DNA of 64,000 nucleotides, taken from Vicugna vicugna. Lineage: Eukaryota. The notes under the pieces are model-generated. The model made no database searches and was not told the DNA's origin. It worked only from the letters and a program-made list of their open reading frames with translations. Location: positions 4,305,111-4,369,110 of the forward strand of contig MU058824.1 in the NCBI GenBank assembly GCA_013265495.1, written 5' to 3'. Positions 10,935-22,990 of the stretch are shown in pieces; position 1 is the stretch's first letter, and the number at the start of each line of letters is the position of its first letter. The translations under genes were made by a program, and so were the position numbers.

Positions 10935-13252
10935 CTAGACAGCAAGAGGTCCAAAAGGCAGGCAAGCAGGCAGGAAAAAAGAGAGAACATTGAGAAGCAG
11001 AAACATCTCAAATCCACAATAGAGGCACAACTGTGCTCTGGGGAGCAGCTTCCGGCGCCAGACACTCCAGCCACTCCAGCCGTGAGGTGCCCGCTGGCCT
11101 TCCCTGCAGGCCTCTCCGCAGTGAGCACTGCCGCCTCCATGCCCAGCCTGACTCCGGCGACGGTGAGCACTTCCTAGGTGCCCACTTGCAGGCTGAGAGC
11201 CCTTGGCAGAAATCATGTCCATCAATCCTCAACCCCAACACCCTAGGACACCGAGTGTTCTCCCTACACTTTACAGATGAGGTAGCAAGGAACCGAAGCC
11301 TAGAGAGGAAGCACTTGTTCAGCAGCGGTGCCAACAGGGGTGGCAGAACTCGAAACCAAAGCTGCCTGGCTCTTTTCACTGCATCACTGCTGCTTCCCAC
11401 CTGGTGCGTGCCTGGGAAGCCACGTCCCTTCCCGTCGGCTTCATGAAACATCACTGAGCACAAACACTGCCAGGCACCAGGCACGCTGGTCCCAAAGCCA
11501 GCTTACTCTTGGATTATCTGACTACTTCTCCACACTGGTTGGGTGGGACCAATTTTCAGTATCCTGGGAACACATATGGTCATGTCAAAATGCCCACCTT
11601 AACAGAAAAAAGCAGCTGGAGGCGAGTAGTGGGAAGACTTGCAGACAAGAGCCCTGGCTCTGCCCCTGGTGTACTGACTGTGTCCCTGAACACAACTGTG
11701 CTCAGTCCCTGCCAGCCTTGACTGCTCTGACAAGGTGCAGCTCAGAGGCCAGAACTGCGCCCCTCCTTAACTCTCATTAAGGGAATGGATCAAAATGGCA
11801 GCTCTGATCTGGAACAAGGTGGAAAGGTGGGGCTGCTGGCTGGCTTGGACTCTTGCCCCAGGCCAAGTCTCAGGGCCTAGCCAGCCCTCCTCGTCCACGT
11901 GGGTGGGCAGGGAGCCTCCCTCAAGGAGTCTTACCCTATCCTTTGCCAGGTCAGTTTGGGGGCGTAGAAGTGGAAACGATGTCTTTTAAGGACAGTCATG
12001 CCTGGTCATTAACCTAAACTCATTTATTTGAAGGGAAATTCTAGTAATTTTAATTTATTTTTAAACTCACACATACCCTTCCTTCTTTCCCTGTTTAGTT
12101 TATACATAGGAGGTATTTTGTGGAAATTTAAAGACAGCAATAAGAACAGTCTGGTTTTAACTCCAAGCGAGTCAGCAGGAAAACAAGAGTTGTTTGTGGG
12201 CACGAGTGGGAGGGAGAGGAAAGGCAGGCCAGCTTGTAAGCCCATAATCCTTTCAGTTTACACAAAGGGTAAACCTAGTCAATTTCAACTTGTGCTTGCT
12301 CCCAGTGGAAGAGAATAAAGGTGTTTAATGACTTCTGTTCACGGCATTACTAAGACAACAAAAGCCTGTGTGTTAGGCTTTTGCTCCTTTGCAGCCAGCC
12401 TGGGACGAAAGAGCTGTTGGTGACAGCACATCCCTGTCAAAGCTACAGCCCCGGAACAAAAGGAAAACCCTACACATAAACACAGGTGGCCCCTCCACCT
12501 GGTTGTACTTCACCCACCAGACAGGGGGGCCCAAAAGAAGCAATCCTCAGGCAAGGCGGTGGCAGGGGGACGCACAGGGAGGGCTGGGAGGAGGGGGAGG
12601 AACGGCTCCCGGCCTGACCCCAGGATGCTGACTCACATGAAGAGCCCAGAGCGGGCACGGAAATGTTTGCCATCACTGAGAAATCACGGAGTCCCTGAAC
12701 TTTTACAAGGCTTGAAAGAGGTGAAAGGTCAGCACCAAAGCTAGCTGTGAAAGGGGAGATGTGTTGCTGTTTGGAAGGGAGCAAGGTCGAGGATTGTTCT
12801 CAATGAGTAAACTCGACCAGCTGTAGGAACCAGGCACTGTTCTGACTGGCTCCTGTGAAAAGGGAATTCTTTTCCACAGGCTGTCACTTAATTCATGGCT
12901 CTTGAGCAGTGACATTTAGGCCCCAACTTGGGATAAAGGAGGGAGATGCAGTCTGAGGACTGACACCAGACTACAGATGCCAAGATGGCAGGGTCTGTTT
13001 GCTGCTGACTGTTTGCCCACTGCCCCGCACAGATGTGCTCCCAGAGCTTCAGTTGAAGGCACGTGGAAAGCAGGAGGCCTGATGACACTCTTGTAAGAAC
13101 AGGCCTTGCTACCCCCGATCTTCTTTTGAACTTCTCTGCCTTTCTGCCTGGTCTCTGTGGGCCCCTTCAACATCCAGCTGCTACAAGTCACCTTGGAGAA
13201 TGACTCTTGCTTGGAATGAGTACCTTCATCTTTTCTCAAAATATTCACTATT

Positions 13253-13339
13253 GGGGGACAGAGTATAGCTCAGTGGTAGAATACATGCTTAGCACACATG
13301 AGGTCCTGGGTTCAACCAGGACCACCATTAAAAAAAAAA
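13253..13339 (+). mobile_element. tRNA-Ala-derived SINE (camelid Vic-1 type) with target-site duplication
   Basis: gggggacagagtatagctcagtggtaga...gcttagc...gaggtcctgggttcaa followed by an A tail; ATTCACTATT repeated at 13243-13252 and 13339-13348. Confidence 0.9.
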
Positions 13340-15397
13340 TTCACTATTTACCTGTAGACAGACAATGAGAAAGATGAATCACTTTACACATCGAAGTGTT
13401 TAGAGGGAAAGGGGGAAATCTCCAGGGCAGGGTGTGTGCTAATGAAAGAAGTCCCCTAAAGTTGGTCTAAGATGGCTCCCATCCTAGCCCAATGAAGAAT
13501 AATTGGAATAAAGTGTAAAAACTAACCTTGTGTCCTGGAACTCTGGTGATGGTGGCTAACGTGCCACTAGCTTTAGACACTCTACAAGCTTGTTGCAAGG
13601 CAGCAAGTGACCTGGTTTCTAAACAGTCCTGCATGCTCAGTGAGTGGTAAGTTTAAGGCTCTCTGGAACTTGAGAAGTTCATCTATGAAACATCTAAGCC
13701 AACATTCTACAATTCTAAGTACAGAAAGGTCCCCAAATCCTAAATCAATGCCTGGAGGGACTAAACCTTCAAGACTGAGCTCCTAAAAACAGGCATGATC
13801 ACTCTCTCCAAGGACAACCGATTACGTATTTAGACAGGTATCCCTTTCTTTATAAGAAGGATACAGTTCAGCAATATTGGCTTGAAAAAATTTCTGCAAT
13901 GGGAATCCTATTTCCAACATGATCATTTTTTAAATCTGAGAATCTGTATGTCAGTCTGCTTAAACATCAGGGACTCTGAATGTGGACTCAGTTTTACCAA
14001 GTCCTTCAGAGCAGACCAGGGGCTGAGGCAACTCACCAGGGTAAATGGCCCGGCAGGGTGCCTGCACAAAGCACCCTCCCACCTTTCTTTAGAGATCTGA
14101 ACTTGCACCTGGGGGAAATCATCTTGAAATGAGCACAGGATAAAGGAGCCTGGGCCCATCAGTGCTTCACAATGACCACAATCTCAGCAGAAGCCTCGGT
14201 AGCTAACACTACCCTGAGCAACTGAACCCCGACCAGTCTCCACCATACTTGTCACAGAACTTCAAAGGGAACCTGACAGACACACCTAGAGAGCACATGC
14301 CCCCCAGGAAGGTGGGCCGGACAGAGGCTGAAGCCTGGCATCTGAGACCATGACAGAACCAAGGACGGCCAATGGGAGACAGGCAGCTTGAAGTCCGATG
14401 CACAAAACACTGGTGTGCCGCAGCTGCCCCACAGCGGCAGAGGCTGTCTGGCAAAGCAGTCAACTCCCTCTTTTCTGGCAGATTTCCTTCTAACAGAGCT
14501 GCCAGAGACAAGGGCACTTAAACCCCTCTTTGCTTCTGAGGACAGGAATTTAAGGCTCTTTACCATGAAAATTGAAAGTATCCTCAGGCCCAGCCTGGCC
14601 TACCTATACACTGAAGTGAGCGGGTGACTATTAAGTGAAAACTGGGTTCTGAATCCAGCAGGGAAAGCAAGCCCCTGGCCTCCACCCAGGCAAGCAGCAC
14701 TGCCCCGCCTCTTTCTCTGAGCTACTTCCAAGTAGACCCCAGGCGCGGAGCATTAAAGACCACAGGTGCCGGTTGGTGGCGATACGAGAATGCCTGTTTT
14801 CTCCCTACAACTATTTAACTTTCAATAAGTGAGTAAATTCCAAAAAGAGCATTTTTTAAAAGTCAATTCAAGGTTTTCTTAGACACAGATAATAAGCACC
14901 CAGAGAACCCTTAATCCTGAAGTCACCATTGGGAACATCTTGGCCACCTAAGCACGTCCCTGCTAATGGACCCTCCGGGAAGCAGCCCTCGAGGGCTGGG
15001 CTGAATTTTGGGGATGCAGCCCGACCAAGCCTATAGTCATCTCCAGAGTTCTGAAATCCTGGCACAGTCACGAAAGCGGCCTTTCATTCCAGGGTTACAT
15101 TTTTACATGTGGACTTGATCTATGAGGTAACTCTTTCTTTTGTGGAATCATACCATTACAGGTGGCGCATGTTGACCGAACTCCTAGTTGCAGGACTAGA
15201 CTCACTGCACCAGGGGTGGCGAAAAAACAGGCTGAATTATGCTCATAAAACCCAAGAGACTGGCAACCCTGTTTCAGGTATTTTTCTGAAAACCAGCAAA
15301 CATTCCACACTAAAAGAGGCGGCTGCTGAAAACCTACACTGGCTGGTGGAAAGGGACTTGATTCCATCTTGGCAAACGAGAAGCACCGTGGACTGAC

Positions 15398-15509
15398 CTG
15401 TTGTTTGCTTTTGTCTTCTGTAGCTGCTCGTCCTGCCTCGCATACCACTCTTCCAGCTCCATTATTGCTTTTTCTTTCCACTCTGCTTCCTGCTTCCGAG
15501 AATTGGCAT
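15398..15509 (-). CDS. CLTA: Clathrin light chain A, exon 4
   Basis: Acceptor cccttcaaag|, donor AG|gtcagt; 112 nt; (D)ANSRKQEAEWKEKAIMELEEWYARQDEQLQKTKANN(R). Confidence 0.97.
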
Positions 15510-18129
15510 CTTTGAAGGGAAGGAAAGACAACACAAATAAAGCAACATGCAAACTGAAGTTTGCTTCATCTGTTTATTTGGAGTTTATTAATCTTATGCT
15601 GTGTGCAGGTGCATGTGTGTTGGAGGGAGAAGATACTACTATTTGAAAAAAATTCTGCAATGCGAAGCCTGTTCCCTACATGATCATTTTATACGTCCAG
15701 CGCTCCAACTGAGCAATTTTATTCAGGGTGTTTCACCACAATTTACCCCAGTCCACCTACAGCTTGATGGATGACTAGTTTGGGTTTGTTTTTTTTTTCG
15801 GGGGGGGGGGGTGGTGGTAGAAATACTGACTTTCAATTTTAAAAAGGCTTTTGGGCCAGCAACTAGGGAAAAAGCAATTATTGGTGATCCTTTAATAATG
15901 CTGCCAATATTAGTCCAAGTTGGACTACTTACGTTAATCTTTTAATAAAACCTCACAGACTATATTCCACACTCCACGTTAGATAATTAATGGTTTTGTA
16001 AAATCCAAGGGCACTCTCTTCACTAAATATGGCAGATGCACTTCTATGAAGCAGGGAGCTATGAGAAAAATTACTGGAGTAGAGACGGCTCAGGAACCAG
16101 GGAACAGCAGAATATAGACGGAGTTGAGGGGACCACAAAATATCTCCTCCTGCTTTAAACTGCAGAGGGAGTCTGTGGCAGAGCTAGGGAAGAACTAAAA
16201 GAGAAATTCCAATGGGGAGAGTTACAGGGGTGGAGTGAGGGATCATTATTAACACTTGTCCAAAAGGTTCTACATGAGAGAGAAAATGCACACCTTAGCA
16301 GGTTTGCCAGACTGGATTCTCAACCATGAAGTTTCTCAGGACTAAACATAGGATTCCCTAAGATACTGAGCTCAAGAAACATGTCAGCAGGCAGTAGGAG
16401 AGAAAGACACAGGTCATATTATCACTGCAGTTGACAACCTGAAGTTACTCTGATACTTCACTTTAAGCACATTCTTTAGGAAGTCCTCTCTGACAGGTGT
16501 TTTATACAGATGTCTCATTTAATCTTTACAATGACCCCAAGAAGGTAAACTACTCCCACACTCAGCAGTGAGAAAAACTACAGCTCAGGTAAGTCTGAGC
16601 GAGTAACTTTCCTAAAGGTTATTTAGTATGTGGCAGAACCAAGATTTAAACCCAGGTTCAACTCTAAAGCTTACACAGTCTTCATCACACCACCTCCAGG
16701 AAGGAGGGACAGAAAGGGAAGCAAGCCCAGCAACAGTCACGAGATGTGACCAGCAGGTGGGCACCAGTGATCCAGACAAGAGCTTGGACAGCGCAGAAGC
16801 CAGAGCCCGCTCCTTTCATGACTGTCCTTGAGGAAGAGAGCAGAAAGCAAAGAACTACTTTCAGGGAAGAAATTGGGGGCAATTTTAGGGCCTTTTCAAA
16901 AAAGGTCTTATAGTAACAACTGGCAGGAGACTACTAATTCTGTAAATACTAGAAACAGCCTAATAGCAGCTAGAAACTCCCCCAGTGTTTCAGATTATAA
17001 AGAACTTTTTACTCTGTTATCTAACTTATCAGAAGGTGAACTATTGCTCAGGAGAACTGTTTTGCTCTGATTTTCCACTGATGACTCAAGGATACACAGT
17101 AAGCTTCTGATCTGTGTCTATCCTTGGCATTAAGCCTATGTGGAACAGCAGGCCCTGTGGTGCAGGGAGATGCTGTGGGCTGACGGTGCCCTGCAGACAA
17201 GAAACTGAAAAAAATTTAAAATGTAAGATCTCCTTTCCAAGAGTTGTGAAATTACTTCCAGAAAATTACTTTTTGATTGGAGAGCATTTTCTTTCTATAT
17301 AGTCTATTATCATTTTGTAAACGTTATTATATATTAGGAACAAAATATCAGGGAAATTTATCTCTGAAAAGTTAATCTAAATAAAAATTGTGACCATCTG
17401 CAGAGATTGTAGTTATTGCACAAAACAGTCCCTTTAAATTGTCTTTTACAGATTTGTGAAGTGACACAGGCAGTAAGAGTTTAGAATTCTTAAACGCTTG
17501 GCTTGACGGGACAAAGATCCAAGCTGTAATACAGTCTCTCTGAATGTGGGAGGGAGAAGCGTGAGGGGAGGGTGAAAAATCCTCTTAGAGAGCAGGGCGC
17601 GCCGACAGCTGTCTTCTCTGGCCATCCTCATTACTGTTCGCAGAAAAGTATTGGGGAACACAGCCTGCAGTTAAGCTGAAAAACATGGACACTGCTTCTC
17701 TATTTTTAGCATCTTGCACTTTCTCAGTTCTTGCAAGGAAGGAAGGGGAAACTACAGAAACACCTAATTCACGGACCACTTTCATTCAACTGGAATGCGA
17801 GGCCGAATCTTTGACTTCCCCCAAGAAGGCATCCAGAGTTAAGAAAACAACACTTCATGGAATACTTTCAAAGAGCTCAATTTGATAATTGAATGAGAAA
17901 ATGCAATCTTTTGACATTCTTCATGTATTCATGTACTGTCTCCACAGAGAAGATGACTTTGCTAAACTTCAGAGAAAGAGAAAAGATAAAACTGGGTTCT
18001 ACAACATGAAAAATACTCCACTAGTAATGTCAGCTAAGCCTTGCCTCTAAGCCTACTCTGAAGGTACTCAAAGAACAAGCAAGGACCAAGGCTGCTAGCA
18101 CCATGAAGGCCTATTTTCATCTCTCTAAA

Positions 18130-18310
18130 GCTGCACTATCCAGTAAAGTGGCTACTAGCCTCATGTGGCTATTTAAATTTACTAAAATTAAATAAAATTT
18201 AAAATTCAGCTTCTCAGTCATACTAGCCACATGCAGCTAGTGGCTACCATACTGAACAGCACAGATACAGAACAGTTCCTCATCAAAGCTGCTGTTGGAT
18301 AGTGCTGTAA
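18130..18310. mobile_element. MER3-like hAT-Charlie DNA transposon
   Basis: gcactatccagtaaagtggctactagcc...catgtggctatttaaattt...ctagccacatgcagctagtggctaccatactgaacagcacag. Confidence 0.75.
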
Positions 18311-19631
18311 AGGTTCAAACCTAAGTGTGTCCTTTGTTCTGAAACCCACAAAAGGTGGGCTGGAGAGAGAAAAGATCTGACACTAATTGGCTGTATCATC
18401 TGGGTCAAGTCCCTTCCTATTTCTAGGTGTCAGTTATACCATCTAAGTTATTACGTTTTTACTACTTCAGTGATTCCCAAGAAGGAATAATAACGCTAAC
18501 ACTGTGGTTACATAAAAGAACGTCATTATTTCTACAAGTACAGCATTTAGGCAAGTATGTGATGTTTATATCTTTAAGTGGGTCAGAAAAAAAATTATGT
18601 GTACATTCATAATACATATATAAATGTGTGAGTGCATGTGAATATGTAACACATACCTGCCTCATTTATACAATAACCCACGATGGCAAGATGTTAACTA
18701 CTGAATCTGGAGGGGAAGACACACTCTTCTTTCAACTATTCTGTGTTTGAAATTTCAACAAAAAGTTGAGAAGTACTCTGTGGATAACATCCCCTACGCT
18801 CTGCCACACCTTTCCAACCCACATGTACAGATACCAAGTCTCTCCTGATCTTGACCAACTGCTGACACCCACGGAGAAGGCTCTTTGCCAAAGGCCAGGC
18901 TGATCCCAGGCTCAGCCTGCCTTCCAGCTGGAGTTCACTAAACATAAGATGGCTGAGGGGACAGGTATCAACTCTGAAGCAGGGCAGACTTCAGCTGCAC
19001 CTCTGACTCTACCACTCAAATACTTATTCTTCCTATGATCCTCACTTTCCTCACCCATAAAAAATGTAAAAACTTAACATACAGGGATACTAGGGTAAGA
19101 AAACTGAATTGTACATGTTTCCTACATACCTCACTTTTTCTCTTAAGTGTTACCTTAAATTCAGTCTTCAAATGATAAACTGTGCAGTCCCTCACTTGGA
19201 TGTAATACCGTCAGGTTTACAAAGCACTCTCATGAATACCATCTCAGACTACCCTTGGAGTTGGTAACATGGATCTTACATCACAGATGAAGAAACAGAC
19301 TCTGTAAAGTTTGAGCAACCAAGTGCCCAGAGCTGGTGCTGTGTAAGAGTTACGGCTGGGCCTGGAAGCCAGTCTTTCACTTCAAGTCCAAGGCTCTTTC
19401 CACAGCACCACTCCACCCTTCCTGGAGGAGAGGATGCACTTGGGGCTCTCTGGACTGCCCCAGTCCCCACCCAGTGGCCTCCACGTGGGTAGCCTTGTGA
19501 CCTGCAGGTTGAGAAAGATATCTTCCCCCAAACTGGACACGGACATTATGAGCTAATTCAAGTTAAAAAGGAATAAAAGTAGAGTCAAGGTCAACTATTC
19601 CACTGAAAACAGACAGAAAGGGATTCCTTAC

Positions 19632-19749
19632 CAAGGGCTTCCAAGCGTTCCATTTGCTCTTCTCTCCATTTACGGATACTTTCAGGCTCTGACTGCAATC
19701 GATCCACTTGTGAAATAGCTGCATAACTGTCTGTTGGCCCATTACTCTC
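19632..19749 (-). CDS. CLTA: Clathrin light chain A, exon 3
   Basis: Acceptor gtgttaag|, donor G|gtaagg; 118 nt; ESNGPTDSYAAISQVDRLQSEPESIRKWREEQMERLEAL. Confidence 0.97.
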
Positions 19750-20202
19750 CTTAACACAAACACAATTGTGCTCGGTAAGTACCAAACCTCTTCCCAGAAA
19801 GTGTGCTTCATCCAAGTTAGAACCCCGGTTATGTGCAGTACTAACAGCTGCTGTAAATGTTAAAGGATTTCCTTAAGAGCAACAACACAACCTTCCTGCC
19901 AACAGGGAGCTCTCAGCATTATGCACTTAATCCTTGCGATTCACAAGGAAGGCAGAGTAGTTGTTACCCTGTTAATAAATGGAACATGAGTGGGAGACAG
20001 GAAAGTTAGGGAAGTGGGTAATGAACTTATGGGGAAACAGTGTTTAGTTTTAGTTTCCTCACTTGACATAGAGATTATGTGACATCTTCAAAGTAACAAA
20101 GGTAAAATACGCAGCACAGCAAGGCCTAGAACTGAAGACTTCTAAATGCTATCATACAATGCAGACAAAAGTTCACTTAATACCACCTAGTCAAAATAGT
20201 GA

Positions 20203-20362
20203 TAAATAAGGTCATACTGTATGGCATAGGGAACTATATTACCTTATAATAACCTGTATTGAAAAAAATATGAAAAAGTATATATATGTATAACTGAATC
20301 AATATGCTATACACCAGAAACTAATGCAACATTGTAAACTGACTACACTTCAATTAAAAAAT
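20203..20362 (+). mobile_element. Short lineage-specific LINE-1 3' end
   Basis: tactgtatggcatagggaactatatt...gtataactgaatca...tacaccagaaactaatgcaacattgtaaactgactacacttcaattaaaaa; possible TSD ATAGTGA at 20196-20202 and 20369-20375. Confidence 0.8.
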
Positions 20363-20861
20363 ATGTATATAGTGAATTTTAGGAAAGACTCCAAAAGAAA
20401 ATGTAGTTACTATAGTCACACCAAGGAAAAGAACAAAAAAGCAGGCAAACATGAGTCACAAGTGTATGTGGTGGAGAACTGAGGGAGGGGGAGGGGCGGG
20501 CTCTTCACAGTAAAGATTTGGGAGCTAGTAAATTTACAAAGACTCAAACAGAATTTAATCTTCAGTGATTATTTCACCTATAGAACTAGGGACTATTACC
20601 AGGTTAACCTTAAAAAGATGGGGAAAGATTTACAGTGGTATTAGTAACTAACTTATTAGCACTTTCCATGTGCCAGGCACTTATAGGCTTCATCTTCCAA
20701 GTACCTTGCAGGGCAAGTATTTATTCCCACTTCACAGCTGGGGGATTAAACCCAGGCACAGAGAAATGACATATCTACATTCCCAGCTCGTAAGGGATAA
20801 AGCCAGGATTGAGTTGTCTCACTCTAAAGGTCAGGCTCTAAACCAGGGATAGGAAATTACA

Positions 20862-21045
20862 ACCAGGTCAGCCACCTGTTTTTATAATTAAGTTTTACTG
20901 GAACCCAGCAACACCCATTCATTTAAATACTGTCTATGGATGCTTCACATTACAGCAACAGAACAGTGTGACAGACACTTTATGACCCACAAAGCTTAAA
21001 AAGTTTACTATCTGACCCTTCAATAAAAAGTTAGTCCACCTTTGG
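20862..21045. mobile_element. MER58A-like hAT-Charlie element
   Basis: ccacctgtttttataattaagttttactggaac...cccacaaagcttaaaaagtttactatctgacccttca...aaaagttagtccacc. Confidence 0.75.
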
Positions 21046-21958
21046 CTTAAACCAGTTAGACAGTTTATTTCCTTCTTGACAGTTAAATGGTTGAAGGATG
21101 GGCAGAAACCCAGGCAGAAGCAAAAGCACCACACTATATCCTCAGGCTACAGTGATTACTTCCGTCGGGTGCAGGGGGAAATACAGGACTTTTGCTGAGT
21201 GGTGGGGAGAAATCTCCACGTTGTTCAAGATACTAACACATGCACCAGTGAGGCCTAGAAATGCGGGAGCCATTTTGCCACCATGAAAGAGCACAAAACT
21301 GCACACTCAGCAGGCAGAACCAGAGTCCTAGCGGAACTGAGTCAGAGTCCTGGTCCGAGGACCCCAAGCCTATCTCAGAGCTCTTTCAACTTTTTAAACT
21401 AGTAAATTCTCTACGTTTAAGCCCATGCAAGCTGGGCTGGTAACCAAGTTTAGTGATGCAGAGGGAAAATGAGGGTAGTCATCACAAATACCAGCCACCC
21501 CTACCCCCAATACAATCGAAAAGGTTCAAATGCTGGCCCTACCACATACCACCTGTTATTTATACTCCTGGTTTAACCTCTGTGTGCCTCAGTTTATTCA
21601 CCTGTAAATGGGAACCATAGTACAGGTCCCTCAGGTTGTTGTGAGAATTAAATAAAGTTTGGTATAAACAGTGTTTGACACAGGGCACAGCACATAGTGT
21701 TTCACCACCGTCATCATGAAGGGTCATTTTTTGAGAATAAAGGTGACAACAGCAGGACCAGGTTAATCACATTTTTTGAAAGAATGCTCTATCAATGTCA
21801 CTTCTCTTCAAATCCTCCCACTTTGGTAGGTAACATACCAGCTACTAATACATCCAGGAAAGTCAAAGGACTGGGGTCCTTTCTAGGTCAGACAATTCAA
21901 ATCATAGGAAAGGAAGCTCTCAAGCACTGTCTTTCAACATAATTAGAGCGCTCTGTAC

Positions 21959-21996
21959 CTGGTAGTATTCGCCATTCATCACTCCATCAACAGCAT
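21959..21996 (-). CDS. CLTA: Clathrin light chain A, exon 2
   Basis: Acceptor gtcttgcag|, donor CAG|gtacag; 38 nt; (D)AVDGVMNGEYYQ. Confidence 0.96.
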
Positions 21997-22902
21997 CTGC
22001 AAGACATAAAATTTTGCTCTGTCAATCAGGGCTAGTCAAATGCTGGGCCAAAGGATTATACAGTATGATACAGAACTGTGTGCTGCAGGTACTTTAAGTT
22101 ACTGAATACTATCCCCCTGCTAGGTACCAGACAGAACAATGAACAGCTCTCCATTTAGTGAAGCCAAGATGTGCTTATACACAAATAACTTCACCAAAAT
22201 GTGGGCAAATCTGCCCAAGCTCCTAAACCCAAAAGTTTTTCAAAGTCTTCTGGCTTGGAGTGGAAGCCTGGCAGAAGTCTCACAGAGCAACAGTTTCTCT
22301 ATGAAAGTTCTGGAGAAAGCAAAGGAGAAGCGTGGCCTGGAATCCTTCAGTGAGCAGAGATGCGCAGCTTCATGTTTAAACTAAGGTGCTTGTGGGGTCA
22401 GGACCCTCCATCCTGTAGATGGAGTAGGTTTGGCACCTGAGGGTCTACAGTTGAGGATTCTTGCTAATCCCTCTAGTCCACCTGGAATTAGTCCAGAACA
22501 GTAAGATTCAGGCAAACCAAATTAAACCAGTGTTTTCAAGGATGTGGGTTATAAAAACCCAAAAGTGTGTACAACCTGATCTCACTGGACAATTAATTAT
22601 TCATGAGCTAAATGAGAAAGTCCATCTCAGAAATATGAAGAAAAATGTCTTTCTAAATAAGACCCAGAGATTATTAACACATATAGTACAAAATGGTGGT
22701 CCACAAGCTGAAAATATTTTATTTAAAATACAAAGTACTAGTTCAGGGAATTTCACAAAACCAGGATTTCCAGGGTTTTGTGGGGGGGGGTGTGGGGGAG
22801 GGGTGGCAGGAATGTGCAGAAAGAAGACCTGGTAATACTGGGCCTGCATTCCTGAAACGAAGGCAGGCTCTGGTCACATTGCCAGTCCCCACTAGCCCCT
22901 CT

Positions 22903-22990
22903 TATTTTTAGAGGAGGTACTTGGGATTGAACTCAGGACCTTGTGTGTGCTAAGCATGCACTCTACCACTTGAGCTATCCCCTCCCCTCC
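22903..22990 (-). mobile_element. tRNA-Ala-derived SINE (camelid Vic-1 type)
   Basis: Reverse complement reads ggaggggagggggatagctcaagtggtagagtgcatgcttagcacacacaaggtcctgagttcaatcccaagtacctcc, then an A-rich tail. Confidence 0.9.
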
